Assembly (NCBI GenBank): GCA_963640685.1
Contig: CAVIAA010000001.1
Location: 66,395-130,394 of the forward strand
Length of the DNA stretch: 64,000 nt
Origin: Acutalibacteraceae bacterium
GTDB lineage: Bacteria; Bacillota; Clostridia; Christensenellales; CAG-138
Reading direction: 5' to 3'
Within the stretch, counting starts at the first letter, position 1. Every line of letters begins with the position of its first letter. The notes beneath the pieces were generated by a model. The model did no database searches, was not told the DNA's origin, and was given only the letters and a program-made list of their open reading frames with translations. Positions 16,347-27,235 of this stretch are shown here, piece after piece. The translations under genes were made by a program, and so were the position numbers.

Positions 16347-16828
16347 ATATAAACGAAAAAACAAGAAAACTGGCTTACGCCGCCGCAACGGCGGCGTTGT
16401 ATGTCGTGCTGACTCTTATTTCGGCTGCGGTTGGGCTTTCAAGCGGGGTAATACAGTTTAGGATATCGGAGATGCTGACGGTGCTGCCGGTATTCACTGG
16501 CGCGGCCGTTCCGGGTCTGTTCATAGGCTGTGTTATTGCAAACCTCGTAACAGGTGCGCTGCCCTGGGATGTAGCTGCAGGGTCGCTGGCAACGCTTATA
16601 GGAGCCTGCCTTACATATGCATTCCGCTCAAAGCCCAAGCTGGCGACGCTGTTTCCGGTGCTATCAAATGGTGTAATAGTACCGTTCGTGCTCATGCAGG
16701 TGTATAAATTCCCGGGAAGCTACTGCTATTTCTTCGCAACCGTTACCGTGGGCGAGGCGGTCTGCTGCTGCGGCCTCGGCTATCTGCTCTACCGGCAGCT
16801 ATTAAATAGAGGCATTTTCAGGAGATAA
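16343..16828 (+). CDS. queT: QueT family queuosine-precursor transporter (ECF S-component-like)
   Basis: The 161-aa membrane protein has family-typical motifs (RISEMLTVLP, ANLVTGALPWD). Its ATGA start overlaps the upstream gene. Confidence 0.8.
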   Translation: MNINEKTRKLAYAAATAALYVVLTLISAAVGLSSGVIQFRISEMLTVLPVFTGAAVPGLFIGCVIANLVTGALPWDVAAGSLATLIGACLTYAFRSKPKLATLFPVLSNGVIVPFVLMQVYKFPGSYCYFFATVTVGEAVCCCGLGYLLYRQLLNRGIFRR

Positions 16829-16872
16829 AATACTTCTAAAATTTGAACAATTGGTAAATTGCTTTGCCTTTG

Positions 16873-16901
16873 TTGAAAATGCAGCGGCTGCGGGGTATAA
16901 T
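16873..16901 (+). promoter_or_regulatory. Sigma-A promoter upstream of degV-family gene
   Basis: It reads TTGAAA-17 nt-TATAAT. Confidence 0.7.
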
Positions 16902-16942
16902 GTTACCGTTAAAAAGAGTAACACAGGGAGGAACATGGCTGA

Positions 16943-17818
16943 ATGAACAAGGAATATGTAATAATGACGGATTCTTCCTGCGACCTGCCGCAGGAGCTGG
17001 CAGATCAGCTTGGCCTCGAGGTGCTGCCTCTTGAGGTCATGGCGGACGGAAAAAACTACCGCAACTGGCTGGACGGCCGGGAAATAGACTTTAAGGAGTT
17101 TTACAGGCTGGCAAGGGATGGCAAGGATCTTAAGACCTCTGCCGTTAATACCGCCGCCTTTGAGGAAGCGATGGAAAAGCTGCTGAGCGAGGGCAAGGAC
17201 GTTCTTTATCTGGGCTTCTCGTCAGGGCTCAGCACCACTTATAATTCCGGCGAAACGGCGGCGCGCGAGCTTCGCGAAAAGTATCCGGAAAGAAAGATAT
17301 ATACCGTCGATACGCTGGCGGCATCGCTTGGCGAGGGAATGATTGTGTACTACGCGGCGAAGAAAAAGCTGGCGGGCGCAACGATAGAAGAGGTTCGCGA
17401 CTTTGTTGAGCAGGAAAAGCTGCATATGTGCCACTGGTTCACGGTGGACGACCTGAACTACCTAAAGCGCGGCGGAAGGATATCTGCAGCGACGGCCGCC
17501 GTCGGCACAATGCTCAGCATAAAGCCGGTCATGCACACAGATAACGAGGGACATCTCGTCGCCGTGGGCAAGGCGAGGGGGAGGAAGGCATCTCTGAAGG
17601 CTCTGGTGGACAGCATGGAAACCACTATGCTGCCCGAGCGCAACGAGACGGTGTTCATAAGCCACGGCGACAGCCTGGAGGACGCGGAGTACGTTGCAAG
17701 CCTTGTGCGTGAGCGCACCGGCGTTCAGGATGTGGTAATCAACTACGTCGGCCCGGTAATAGGCGCCCACTCCGGCCCGGGCACGATAGCCTTGTTCTTC
17801 TGGGGTACCGAAAGATAG
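16943..17818 (+). CDS. DegV family fatty-acid-binding protein
   Basis: The length and motifs (IMTDSSCDLP, SSGLSTTYNSG, ISHGD) are typical of DegV. Confidence 0.9.
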   Translation: MNKEYVIMTDSSCDLPQELADQLGLEVLPLEVMADGKNYRNWLDGREIDFKEFYRLARDGKDLKTSAVNTAAFEEAMEKLLSEGKDVLYLGFSSGLSTTYNSGETAARELREKYPERKIYTVDTLAASLGEGMIVYYAAKKKLAGATIEEVRDFVEQEKLHMCHWFTVDDLNYLKRGGRISAATAAVGTMLSIKPVMHTDNEGHLVAVGKARGRKASLKALVDSMETTMLPERNETVFISHGDSLEDAEYVASLVRERTGVQDVVINYVGPVIGAHSGPGTIALFFWGTER

Positions 17819-17843
17819 ACAACAGCAAACAGAGACGATTCTG

Positions 17844-17880
17844 AGGCAGGCCGCGGGCACGGTCTGCCTTTTGCCTTTTC
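17844..17880 (+). terminator. Rho-independent terminator after degV-family gene
   Basis: A 9-bp stem AGGCAGGCC/GGTCTGCCT (one G-U pair) is followed by TTTGCCTTTT. Confidence 0.75.
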
Positions 17881-17915
17881 TGCACGATTTATTGCATTAA
17901 ATACACAATGATTCA

Positions 17916-17944
17916 TTGCAAAAGGCGATGTTGTATGCTATTAT
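17916..17944 (+). promoter_or_regulatory. Sigma-A promoter upstream of tig
   Basis: It reads TTGCAA-17 nt-TATTAT. Confidence 0.6.
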
Positions 17945-18006
17945 ATGCTAATGGCGGTATGTCCGCAAAATGATACAAACATATATGTAGTTTCGGAGGT
18001 TTATAC

Positions 18007-19377
18007 ATGGCAACTTTGGAAAAGCTCGAAGGCAGCAAGGTAAAGCTAACTATCGAGGTACCCGCGGATAAGTTTGAGGAGGCTGTTGAAACGGCGTATC
18101 GTACCAAGGGCAAGAGGTTCAACGTTCCCGGCTTCCGCAAGGGACATGCTCCCCGCAAGATGATCGAGAACACCTACGGCCCGCTGGCTTTCTTTGATGA
18201 TGCGTTCGATATCGTTTATCCCGATGTATATCAGGCTGCGATAAAGGAGCATGACGTTGAGGTTATAGACCGGCCAGACATTTCCATCGTTGACCTGCCT
18301 CTTGACGGCAAGGATCTGGTGTTTACCGCCGAGGTCGCGGTGCGCCCGGAGGTCACACTTGGCCAGTATAAGGGTATAGAAATAGAAAAGCACGAGTATA
18401 ATGTTACGGACGAAGACGTGGATGCCGAAATAGAGCGCGAGCGCGAGAAAGTAGCCCGCATGGTAGACGTTGACCGCCCGGTTGAAAACGGCGATACCGT
18501 AAACCTCGATTATGAGGGCAGCGTGTCCGGCATCAAATTTGAGGGCGGCTCTGCACAGGGGCAGACCCTTGAAATAGGCTCCCATACCTTCATTGACGGC
18601 TTTGAGGAGCAGATGATAGGCATGAAGGTCGGCGAGGAGCGCGATCTTCAGGTGAAGTTCCCCGAGAAATACCACAGCGAGGCTCTTGCCGGCGCTGATG
18701 CGACCTTCCATGTTAAGGTAAACAGCATACAGAAAAAAGAGCTTCCGGAGCTGGACGATGAGTTCGCAAAGGACGTATCCGAGTTCGATACGCTTGACGA
18801 GCTGAAGGCTGAAAAGCGCAGGGAGCTTGAGGAGCAGGCGGCGAAGAACGCCAAGATCGAAAAGGAAAACGCGGTGGTTGCAAAGGCAGTAGACAACGCC
18901 GAGGTAGTTATACCCGACGTCATGGTGGAGCGCCAGATAGATGCCATACTGAACGACATCCGCTATCGCCTCAGCATACAGGGCATCAGCCTTGAGGACT
19001 ACATGAAGTATGCAAACACCGATATCGAATCCTTCCGTAAGGAGAGCCGCGCTGACGCCGCGCGCAGGGTAAAGAGCCAGCTCGTAATAGATGCTATCAC
19101 CAAGGCAGAGAAAATCGCTGCTACCGTTGAGGAAGTAGCTGCCAAGGTAGATGAATACTGCGCCCAGTTTGGCGACAAGGCCGAGGACTTCAAGAAGGGA
19201 CTTTCGGAGGACGACAAGAAGTTCTTCGAGGATCAGATAATCGTCGATAAGGTGCTGGCCGCGATGACAGACTCTGCCGTTGAGGTTGAAAAAGAAGAAA
19301 AGACCGAGAAGACCGAAAAGCCCAAGAAGACCACAGCCAAGAAGACTGAAAAGAAAGAAGAAAAGGAAGCGGAATAA
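18007..19377 (+). CDS. tig: Trigger factor (ribosome-associated PPIase chaperone) with K/E-rich C-terminal tail
   Basis: It has the GFRKGHAPRKM ribosome-binding signature and an FKBP domain. Its position upstream of clpP-clpX is conserved. Confidence 0.95.
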   Translation: MATLEKLEGSKVKLTIEVPADKFEEAVETAYRTKGKRFNVPGFRKGHAPRKMIENTYGPLAFFDDAFDIVYPDVYQAAIKEHDVEVIDRPDISIVDLPLDGKDLVFTAEVAVRPEVTLGQYKGIEIEKHEYNVTDEDVDAEIEREREKVARMVDVDRPVENGDTVNLDYEGSVSGIKFEGGSAQGQTLEIGSHTFIDGFEEQMIGMKVGEERDLQVKFPEKYHSEALAGADATFHVKVNSIQKKELPELDDEFAKDVSEFDTLDELKAEKRRELEEQAAKNAKIEKENAVVAKAVDNAEVVIPDVMVERQIDAILNDIRYRLSIQGISLEDYMKYANTDIESFRKESRADAARRVKSQLVIDAITKAEKIAATVEEVAAKVDEYCAQFGDKAEDFKKGLSEDDKKFFEDQIIVDKVLAAMTDSAVEVEKEEKTEKTEKPKKTTAKKTEKKEEKEAE

Positions 19378-19410
19378 CCCCGGAGCCTTTCCGATAACTA
19401 CATTAAGTCA

Positions 19411-19447
19411 GCTTCGCCGCACATTGCCGTGCGGCGAGGCATTTGTG
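19411..19447 (+). terminator. Hairpin / partial terminator between tig and clpP
   Basis: A 12-bp stem (GCTTCGCCGCAC/GTGCGGCGAGGC) is followed by a short T-tract (ATTTGTG). Confidence 0.5.
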
Positions 19448-19490
19448 ATAAGAAGCAGTAATTTGTTCAAAAATAAAGGAGATGAACACT

Positions 19491-20075
19491 ATGAATCTTA
19501 TACCTATGGTAGTAGAGCAGTCCAACAAGGGCGAGCGTTCCTACGATATATATTCCCGCCTGCTGAAGGATCGTATAGTGTTCCTTGGCGGCGAGGTTGA
19601 CGACGACACCGCCAACCTTATCGTGGCTCAGCTCCTCTTTCTTGAGGCGGACGATCCAGATAAGGACATAAGCCTGTATATAAACAGCCCCGGCGGCTCG
19701 GTAACTGCGGGCATGGCGATATATGATACCATGCAGTACATCAAGTGTGATGTATCCACCATATGCATAGGCATGGCGGCAAGCATGGGCGCCTTCCTTC
19801 TTACGGCGGGCGCAAAGGGCAAGCGCAGGGCGCTGCCCAACAGCGAGATAATGATACACCAGCCTCTCGGCGGGGCGCGCGGTCAGGCGACCGATGTTGC
19901 GATACAGGCTGAGCAGCTGGTAAAGATAAAGAAAAAACTGAACGGGATACTTTCTGCACGCACCGGTCAGCCTATTGAAAAGGTTCAGGCGGATACCGAG
20001 CGCGACAACTATATGGATGCCGAAGCGGCGCTGGCCTACGGACTGATAGACGAGATAATTCCGCCCAGGAGGTAA
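19491..20075 (+). CDS. clpP: ATP-dependent Clp protease proteolytic subunit
   Basis: [28 protein letters not shown] closely matches the Bacillus ClpP N-terminus. I chose the ATG at 19491 because it is 9 nt after AAGGAG. The ORF-track start at 19482 abuts the RBS. Confidence 0.95.
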   Translation: MNLIPMVVEQSNKGERSYDIYSRLLKDRIVFLGGEVDDDTANLIVAQLLFLEADDPDKDISLYINSPGGSVTAGMAIYDTMQYIKCDVSTICIGMAASMGAFLLTAGAKGKRRALPNSEIMIHQPLGGARGQATDVAIQAEQLVKIKKKLNGILSARTGQPIEKVQADTERDNYMDAEAALAYGLIDEIIPPRR

Positions 20076-20078
20076 TTG

Positions 20079-21356
20079 ATGACGAAAAACGAAGAGAAGA
20101 CGAACGGCACCGTAAAGTGCTCATTCTGCGGGAAATCGCAGGACGAGGTAGATCGAATAATTGCGGGTCCGGGCGTATATATATGCAACGAATGTATAGA
20201 GCTGTGTCAGGAGATAATCGACGAGGAGCGCTCCGGTATCGAAACTGAGCTTGACGATATACCAAAGCCTCAGGAGATATCCGACACACTGGATCAATAT
20301 GTCGTGGGTCAGGCCGCGGCAAAGCGTGCCCTTGCAGTGGCCGTGTATAACCACTACAAGCGCATAAACGCGGGCAAGCAGAAGAAGGACGATGTTGAGC
20401 TGCAAAAGAGCAACATAATCATGCTCGGGCCGACCGGCTGCGGAAAGACCATGCTTGCTCAAACCCTGGCAAAGATACTTAATGTGCCTTTTGCCGTGGC
20501 CGATGCTACCTCGCTTACCGAGGCGGGCTATGTCGGCGAGGACGTTGAAAACATACTGCTAAAGCTCATTCAGGCGGCAGATTACGATGTCAGCCGTGCG
20601 GAAAAGGGCATAGTGTATATCGATGAGATAGATAAGATTGCAAGAAAGAGCGAGAACCCTTCCATAACCCGCGATGTATCGGGCGAGGGAGTTCAGCAAG
20701 CTCTTTTGAAGATACTTGAGGGTACGGTGGCGAGCGTACCGCCGCAGGGAGGCCGCAAGCATCCCCATCAGGAGTTCATACAGATAGACACTACCAACAT
20801 ACTCTTTATCTGCGGTGGCGCATTTGCCGGAATAGAGGATATAATCTCCAAGCGTACCGGCAAGAGCGTAATGGGCTTTGGTGCGGACGTTCAGAGCAAG
20901 GTAGAGAAGGACGTTGGCTCTATACTCAAAAACATACTGCCGGAGGATCTGCTGAAATTTGGCCTTATCCCCGAATTCGTGGGAAGGATGCCGGTTATAG
21001 TTACGCTGAATCAGCTTGACCGCAGGGCGCTTATAGACATATTGACAAAGCCTAAGAATGCCCTTGCCCGTCAGTATAAGAGGCTATTTGAGATGGACGG
21101 CGTGGAGCTCGACTTTGATGAGGACGCTCTTGAGGAGGTTGCAGACCACGCCATAGAACGCAAAACCGGCGCACGAGGGCTGCGGGCGATACTGGAGGAT
21201 GTGATGCTGGACATCATGTTTGACATACCCTCCAGAAGCGACATAAAGAGCTGTACCATAACGAAGGACGTAATAGAGAAAAAGGAACCGCCAAGGTTTG
21301 AATACAGAAAGCCCAACGAGCAGCTTCCGTCCCCCGAACTGGGCGACGCCTGCTAA
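20079..21356 (+). CDS. clpX: ATP-dependent Clp protease ATP-binding subunit ClpX
   Basis: It has the zinc-binding N-terminus CSFCGK...YICNECIE, Walker A GPTGCGKT and GVELDF. The ATG is 6 nt after AGGAGG. Confidence 0.95.
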   Translation: MTKNEEKTNGTVKCSFCGKSQDEVDRIIAGPGVYICNECIELCQEIIDEERSGIETELDDIPKPQEISDTLDQYVVGQAAAKRALAVAVYNHYKRINAGKQKKDDVELQKSNIIMLGPTGCGKTMLAQTLAKILNVPFAVADATSLTEAGYVGEDVENILLKLIQAADYDVSRAEKGIVYIDEIDKIARKSENPSITRDVSGEGVQQALLKILEGTVASVPPQGGRKHPHQEFIQIDTTNILFICGGAFAGIEDIISKRTGKSVMGFGADVQSKVEKDVGSILKNILPEDLLKFGLIPEFVGRMPVIVTLNQLDRRALIDILTKPKNALARQYKRLFEMDGVELDFDEDALEEVADHAIERKTGARGLRAILEDVMLDIMFDIPSRSDIKSCTITKDVIEKKEPPRFEYRKPNEQLPSPELGDAC

Positions 21357-21372
21357 ACAAAACTGATAAACA

Positions 21373-21423
21373 CCGGCAGCTCATCCCATTATAAGGGATG
21401 CTCTGCCGGCTTAATTTTTTTTA
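21373..21423 (+). terminator. Rho-independent terminator after clpX
   Basis: A long imperfect stem CCGGCAGCTCATCCC/GGGATGCTCTGCCGG is followed by a T8 run. Confidence 0.8.
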
Positions 21424-21440
21424 ATGCGGAGGTATTGCAA

Positions 21441-22838
21441 ATGAAAAAGGACGTAGTGATAATCGGGGCCGGCCCTGCGGGGATATTTACCGCGCTGGAG
21501 CTGCTTCGCAGGGGAAGCGGGCAGAGCATAATGATAGTTGAAAAGGGACAGTCAATTGAGAACCGCCGCTGCCCAAAGACAAAGACGGGGCGCTGCATGA
21601 ACTGCAAGCCGTATTGCCATATCACCACAGGATTCTCCGGCGCGGGCGCGTTTTCGGATGGCAAGCTGTCGCTCAGCTGCGATGTCGGCGGCGACCTGCC
21701 TTCGCTGATAGGTGAAAAGCTCGCTCAGGCGACAATAGACTATACCGATAAAATATATCTTGAGTTCGGCGCAAGCACAAAGGTCGAGGGCGTCAGCAAC
21801 GCCGAGGAGGTAAAGGACATACGCAAGCGGGCAATAAAGGCCGGGCTTAGACTGGTGGATTGCCCGATAAGACACTTGGGCACCGAAAAGGCGCAGGAGC
21901 TTTACCTTGCAATAGAGCGCTATCTTCAGGAAAACGGCGTTGAGATACTCTTTGGCTGGGAGTGTACCGACCTTATACTGGACGGGGAGGAATGCAAGGG
22001 CGTTTATGTGACCAACGGCCGGGAGAGCAGCGCGGTGCAGGCGAAGCACACCGTCGTAGCCACAGGCCGCCGCGGCGCGGACTGGTTGGAGAAGCTTTGT
22101 GCCGACCACGGCATAGCCCACCAGCCCGGAACGGTAGATATAGGCGTTAGGGTCGAGGTGCGAAATGAGATAATGGAGCGGGTGAACGAGGTACTGTATG
22201 AATCCAAGCTGATAGGCTACCCGAAGCCCTTCAAGAACAAGGTGCGTACCTTTTGCCAGAACCCGGGCGGCTTTGTGAGCCAGGAAAACTATGATAACGA
22301 CTTGGCGGTCGTGAACGGCCATTCGTATAAGGATATAAAGAGCGACAACACAAACCTTGCGATACTCGTATCGCATAACTTCAGCGAGCCGTTCAACCAG
22401 CCAATAGCTTACGCGCAAAAGGTGGGCGAGCTTACCAATATGCTCGGCGCGGGGCACATAATGGTTCAGCGCTTCGGCGACATACTGGACGGCAAGCGCA
22501 CATGGCAAAAGGAACTTGCTCAGTCCAACGTTAAGCCGACGCTGCCGGACGTTGTTGCAGGGGACATAACCGCCGCAATGCCTTATAGAGCCATGATAAA
22601 CATAATAAACTTTATAAAGGCCATGGATGAGGTGGTGCCGGGCTTCGCTTCGTATGAAACGCTGCTGTATTCCCCCGAACTGAAGTTTTACAGCAACCGC
22701 GTCAAGATGGACACCGACTTCAACACCAGCGTAAAGGGGCTGCATTGCTTGGGCGATTCCAGCGGTTGGACGAGAGGACTCATGATGGCCTCGGTAATGG
22801 GCGTGCTAATGGGTCGGGTGATAGCAAGAGAGGGCTAA
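21441..22838 (+). CDS. FAD/NAD(P)-binding oxidoreductase of unknown function (COG2509-like)
   Basis: It has the N-terminal dinucleotide-binding motif VVIIGAGPAGIFTALEL. I set the start at ATG 21441, 8 nt after GGAGG. Confidence 0.8.
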   Translation: MKKDVVIIGAGPAGIFTALELLRRGSGQSIMIVEKGQSIENRRCPKTKTGRCMNCKPYCHITTGFSGAGAFSDGKLSLSCDVGGDLPSLIGEKLAQATIDYTDKIYLEFGASTKVEGVSNAEEVKDIRKRAIKAGLRLVDCPIRHLGTEKAQELYLAIERYLQENGVEILFGWECTDLILDGEECKGVYVTNGRESSAVQAKHTVVATGRRGADWLEKLCADHGIAHQPGTVDIGVRVEVRNEIMERVNEVLYESKLIGYPKPFKNKVRTFCQNPGGFVSQENYDNDLAVVNGHSYKDIKSDNTNLAILVSHNFSEPFNQPIAYAQKVGELTNMLGAGHIMVQRFGDILDGKRTWQKELAQSNVKPTLPDVVAGDITAAMPYRAMINIINFIKAMDEVVPGFASYETLLYSPELKFYSNRVKMDTDFNTSVKGLHCLGDSSGWTRGLMMASVMGVLMGRVIAREG

Positions 22839-22856
22839 GCTGCAAAAAACACAAAA

Positions 22857-22882
22857 AAGGGACTGCTGTGCGGTCCCTTTTT
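22857..22882 (+). terminator. Rho-independent terminator
   Basis: The stem AAGGGAC/GTCCCTT is followed by a T-run. Confidence 0.7.
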
Positions 22883-23000
22883 AAAAATACATAAATATAC
22901 CCATACATGGACTGCTTTTCCATGATACACTTACGCGCCTTTTTTCCGGACGGGGACATACTATGATTAACATTTATCGGCGAGAGGAAGGAAGACGTAT

Positions 23001-24674
23001 ATGGAGAAGGGCGCAATTTGGCTGCTTATAGCGGCACAGCTTTGCGTATGGGGCTATGTATTGCTGAAAAGCAGAAGGATGAAGAGGCTGGTGCGGGGAG
23101 AGCCGGAAAAGCGCGGCGGCGGGCAGAAGCAAAGCAGAGAAATGCGGGAGCTTGCGGAAATGCGCAAGCGCTCACTTAACACACCGCTTTCGGAAAAGGC
23201 AAGGCCGGGCAGAATGAACGAAATAATAGGCCAGGAGGAGGGAATAAGGGCGCTGAGAGCTGCAATGTGCGGCCCAAACCCGCAGCACGTTATAATATAC
23301 GGTCCTCCGGGCTGCGGAAAGACCTGCGCCGCGAGGCTGGTGCTTGAGGAGGCAAGGCGGCAGAAGGACTCTCCATTTGACAAAAACTCCAGATTTGTCG
23401 AGGTGGATGCGACCTGTGTGCGCTTTGATGAGCGGGCAATAGCCGATCCGCTCATGGGCTCTGTTCACGACCCGATATATCAGGGCGCGGGCGCGCTGGG
23501 CGCCTCCGGCGTTCCGCAGCCAAAGCCGGGCGCCGTAAGCCGCGCGCACTGCGGGATATTATTTTTAGACGAGATCGGCGAGCTGCATCCGGTTCAGATG
23601 AATAAGCTGCTCAAGGTGCTGGAGGATAGAAAGGTATTCTTTGACAGCGCATATTATTCAAGGGAAAACCCATCCATACCGCAGCATATACACGATATAT
23701 TCCAAAACGGCATGCCGGCTGATTTCAGGCTGATAGGTGCGACCACGAGGCAGCCGGAGGAGCTGCCGGCAGCGCTGCGTTCGCGGTGCGTTGAGCTGTT
23801 TTTTAGGCCGCTGGGCTTTGAAAGCATACTTGCAATAGCGGAGGGCGCGGCGGGGAGGCTGGGCTACGAAATGGAGCGGGGCGCGGCGGAGCTTTGTGCC
23901 CGCTGCTGTGCCTCGGGGCGTGATGCCGTAAATATGATACAGCTTGCCGGCGGTGCCGTTTACACCCAAAACCGCCGCGTGATAACTATTGCCGATATGG
24001 AGTGGGTATCCGAAATAAGCAACTGCCCCAAAAGACCGGAAATGCGCATGCCGGAGCATATGCTGCCCGGCACCGCCGTAGGAATAGGCGTATTCGGCGG
24101 CGGAAACGGCATGATAATCGAGATCGAATGCGTGGCGCAGCGAGCGAGAGGAGCCGTAGGTCGGCTGAATATCGGCGGTGCGGCGGAAAAGGAGGAGATA
24201 GAGCTGCGCGGCAAGCGGCTGGAGCGTCAGAGCACCGCGCTATCCTCGGCGGAGAACGTGCTAAGCGCTTTCAAGAGCCGCTTTGGACTGGATTGCGGTG
24301 CATACGACATACACTACAACGTTCCGGGCGGGTTCCCTATGGACGGGCCGAGCGCTGGCATAGCCTTTGCCGTGGCGCTGATGAGTGCGGTTTCCGGCAG
24401 GGCGGCTGTTGAGGGGATCGCCATGACCGGCGAGATAACCGTAAACGGTCAGGTACGCCCTGTCGGCGGCGTTAGGGAAAAGATATCGGCGGCAATCACC
24501 GCAGGGGCCGGCACCGTGATAATACCCGAGGCGAATTACGAACGCAGGTTTGGTGAGATGGGGGCAAGGATAATAGCCGTGTCCGACATAGCGGAGGTCA
24601 TGCGCATAGCCTTCGACATACCTGCCGAGGAGGAAATTGAGGGAGTGCTGCCCTTCCTTTGCACGACTGCCTGA
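23001..24674 (+). CDS. lonB: Sporulation Lon-type protease LonB (membrane-anchored)
   Basis: It has an N-terminal TM helix, AAA+ Walker A GPPGCGKT and the protease motif DGPSAGIA. The clpX-lonB-lon-engB order is the same as in Bacillus. Confidence 0.85.
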   Translation: MEKGAIWLLIAAQLCVWGYVLLKSRRMKRLVRGEPEKRGGGQKQSREMRELAEMRKRSLNTPLSEKARPGRMNEIIGQEEGIRALRAAMCGPNPQHVIIYGPPGCGKTCAARLVLEEARRQKDSPFDKNSRFVEVDATCVRFDERAIADPLMGSVHDPIYQGAGALGASGVPQPKPGAVSRAHCGILFLDEIGELHPVQMNKLLKVLEDRKVFFDSAYYSRENPSIPQHIHDIFQNGMPADFRLIGATTRQPEELPAALRSRCVELFFRPLGFESILAIAEGAAGRLGYEMERGAAELCARCCASGRDAVNMIQLAGGAVYTQNRRVITIADMEWVSEISNCPKRPEMRMPEHMLPGTAVGIGVFGGGNGMIIEIECVAQRARGAVGRLNIGGAAEKEEIELRGKRLERQSTALSSAENVLSAFKSRFGLDCGAYDIHYNVPGGFPMDGPSAGIAFAVALMSAVSGRAAVEGIAMTGEITVNGQVRPVGGVREKISAAITAGAGTVIIPEANYERRFGEMGARIIAVSDIAEVMRIAFDIPAEEEIEGVLPFLCTTA

Positions 24675-24709
24675 CGGGTGCTTGAAAGGTTTTTGCCATA
24701 TACACACTG

Positions 24710-24738
24710 TTGTCAAAATCCGGTGGTATAAGTATAAT
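24710..24738 (+). promoter_or_regulatory. Sigma-A promoter upstream of lon
   Basis: It reads TTGTCA-17 nt-TATAAT. Confidence 0.7.
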
Positions 24739-24776
24739 CACATATATAATTTATACCGAGGACAACGACAGCAAAA

Positions 24777-27155
24777 ATGGTGGAACACGAAAAGAAATAC
24801 GAAAGTATACCGACGGTAGCCCTAAGGGGGCTTGTGGTGCTGCCCGGGCAGATGCTGCGATTTGACGTAGGCAGGCCCAAGAGCGTGCACGCCCTTAACC
24901 GTGCAATGGACGAGGAGGGCCTCATATTCGTAAGCGCGCAGAAGGATCCTAAAACATATGACGTAGAGCCGGATGGGATATACGAGACGGGTACCCTCTG
25001 TGCCCTAAGGCAGGTATTGCCAACGCCGGGCGAGTCCGCAAGGGTATCGGTAGAGGGTATCAGCCGGGCGATTATAACACATATAGAGGACGGCGATGAG
25101 GGCTTTTCCGCAGATATCGAAATAATGGAGGACGGGGAATATGACCCTGCCGAGGCGGAGGCTCTGCGCCGCAGAGTAGATGATAAGCTCAAGGAATGCG
25201 CTCAGCTCAACCCAAAGCTGGATCCCAATATACTCATCGGCATTGAGGCGAAGCTCATGCCGGGTGAATTTGCTGATGCGGCGGCTGATGTCGTTCTGAA
25301 AAGGCCGGAGCAGCGGCAGGAGATACTTGAGGGAAAAGACCCGTCGGAGCGCATGAAGCGGCTGCTGGGCCATTTGGAGATCGAAACGGATATACTTAAG
25401 GCGGATATGCGAATAGCCGCCGAGGTAAAGTACCAAATGGACAAGAGCCAGCGGGAATATTACTACCGGGAGCAGATAAAGGCAATACGCAAGGAGCTCG
25501 GCGAAAGCACGGAGACCGAGGCGGACGAATTTCGGGCGAGGCTGGATCAAAAGCAGATGCCGGATAATATCCGCGCCGTCATAGAGCGGGAAATACAGCG
25601 CTATGGCGACCTGCCCGCCGGCTCGCATGAGGCACCCTCCGCAAGGAATTATATAGAATGCATGCTGGATTTGCCGTGGAGCGAGGAAAGCGCGGACAAT
25701 ATGGAGCTTGACCACGCGAGAAAGACGCTGGATGCCGCCCACTACGGAATGGAAAAGGTAAAGGAGCGCATTATCGAATACATGGCGGTCGCACGCCTTA
25801 CCGGCAAGGTGAACGGACAGGTGATATGCTTTGTAGGTCCTCCCGGTGTAGGCAAGACCTCTATCACGCGATCCATCGCAGATGCGCTGGGCAGAAAGTT
25901 CGTGCGCATGAGCCTCGGCGGAATAAGGGACGAGGCCGAGATAAGGGGACACCGGCGGACATATATCGGTGCGATGCCGGGCAGGGTGATATCCGCGATG
26001 CGTCAGGCGGGGGTGATGAACCCCGTGATACTGTTTGACGAAATAGATAAGCTGGCGGGAGATTACCACGGCGACCCCGCGGCGGCAATGCTGGAGGTGC
26101 TGGACAGCGCGCAGAACTTTGCCTTCAGGGATCACTTTATAGAGGTGCCGTATGATCTTTCCAAGGTGATGTTCCTGACTACGGCGAACGACAAGAGCAC
26201 GATACCTGCGCCGTTGCTCGACCGAATGGAGGTAATAGAGGTTCCTGGGTATATTGAGACCGAAAAGACCGAAATAGCCAAGCGGCACCTGCTGCCGAAG
26301 CAAATGGAAAAGAACGGCCTTGAAAAGAATATGCTCAGCATACCGGACGGATTGTATCCGGATATCATAAGGGGATATACGGCGGAATCCGGCGTGCGCG
26401 GCCTTGAGCGGGCGCTGGGGAAGGTATGCCGAAAGGCCGCCTGTGAGATAGGCGACGGCAAGGCGAAAAGGATACGCCTGACAAGGGCAAAAATGGACGA
26501 ATATCTTGGAAAACCAGCGAATAAGCCGTATGCCGTGGCACATAAGGACGAGGTCGGGCTGGCAAACGGGTTGGCATGGACGAACGCCGGAGGCGATACG
26601 CTGGAGATCGAGGTGCAGACCGTGCCGGGCAGCGGCAAGCTGGAGCTTACCGGCAAGCTGGGCGAGGTCATGCAGGAGAGCGCAAAGGCAGCGCTGACCT
26701 TTGTCCGCGCAAACGCAGGCAAACTCGGGATAGACGAGGCGGATCTCAAGGAAAAGGATCTGCATCTTCACGTTCCGGAGGGGGCAGTGCCAAAGGACGG
26801 ACCGAGTGCGGGCGTGACGATGGCTGTTGCAATGGCCAGCGCGCTCTCGGGTATACCGGTAAGAGGCAGCGTCGCTATGACCGGGGAAATAACCCTGCGC
26901 GGCCGCGTGCTGCCGATAGGCGGGCTGAGAGAAAAGCTCCTTGCGGCGGTGCGCGCCGGAATGACAGAGGTAATAATACCGGAGGAGAACCGGAGGGATC
27001 TTGAGGATGTGCCGGACGAGATAAAAGACGCACTTGAACTGCATTTTGCGTCCGATGCGATGAACGTAATGGAAAATGCACTGTCGTATATGCCTGAGGC
27101 TGTGCCGAATATGGCAGCTATGCACAGAAAAAACGAAGTGAGCGCCGTACAGTAG
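24777..27155 (+). CDS. lon: ATP-dependent endopeptidase Lon (LonA)
   Basis: It has the LON N-domain, Walker [10 protein letters not shown], and the catalytic motif [10 protein letters not shown] plus a downstream Lys region. Confidence 0.95.
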   Translation: MVEHEKKYESIPTVALRGLVVLPGQMLRFDVGRPKSVHALNRAMDEEGLIFVSAQKDPKTYDVEPDGIYETGTLCALRQVLPTPGESARVSVEGISRAIITHIEDGDEGFSADIEIMEDGEYDPAEAEALRRRVDDKLKECAQLNPKLDPNILIGIEAKLMPGEFADAAADVVLKRPEQRQEILEGKDPSERMKRLLGHLEIETDILKADMRIAAEVKYQMDKSQREYYYREQIKAIRKELGESTETEADEFRARLDQKQMPDNIRAVIEREIQRYGDLPAGSHEAPSARNYIECMLDLPWSEESADNMELDHARKTLDAAHYGMEKVKERIIEYMAVARLTGKVNGQVICFVGPPGVGKTSITRSIADALGRKFVRMSLGGIRDEAEIRGHRRTYIGAMPGRVISAMRQAGVMNPVILFDEIDKLAGDYHGDPAAAMLEVLDSAQNFAFRDHFIEVPYDLSKVMFLTTANDKSTIPAPLLDRMEVIEVPGYIETEKTEIAKRHLLPKQMEKNGLEKNMLSIPDGLYPDIIRGYTAESGVRGLERALGKVCRKAACEIGDGKAKRIRLTRAKMDEYLGKPANKPYAVAHKDEVGLANGLAWTNAGGDTLEIEVQTVPGSGKLELTGKLGEVMQESAKAALTFVRANAGKLGIDEADLKEKDLHLHVPEGAVPKDGPSAGVTMAVAMASALSGIPVRGSVAMTGEITLRGRVLPIGGLREKLLAAVRAGMTEVIIPEENRRDLEDVPDEIKDALELHFASDAMNVMENALSYMPEAVPNMAAMHRKNEVSAVQ

Positions 27156-27173
27156 CTGAGCGGCCGTTGTAAG

Positions 27174-27199
27174 GGGAGGGACATCGTCTCTCCCTTTTT
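27174..27199 (+). terminator. Rho-independent terminator after lon
   Basis: A 9-bp stem GGGAGGGAC/GTCTCTCCC (one G-U pair) is followed by TTTTT. Confidence 0.85.
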
Positions 27200-27235
27200 G
27201 CTGCCGTAAAAACAGCCGGCACTTAAAAAATACTG

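Noticed and set aside
16829-16942. A preQ1 riboswitch near queT.
   Set aside because: The region upstream of queT is coding. The region downstream is simply the degV promoter. No preQ1-like hairpin/ACAAAA-type tail was seen.
19378-19490. CtsR (GGTCAAAnAnGGTCAAA) or CIRCE operators upstream of clpP, clpX and lon.
   Set aside because: I looked upstream of clpP and lon (24675..24776) and found no tandem GGTCAAA heptads and no TTAGCACTC-N9-GAGTGCTAA element.
22883-23000. A forespore (sigma-F/G) promoter for lonB.
   Set aside because: A CATACTA -10-like heptamer exists at 22957..22963. No acceptable -35 (GnATA/GywTA) lies at the correct spacing, so this is too weak to report as a feature.
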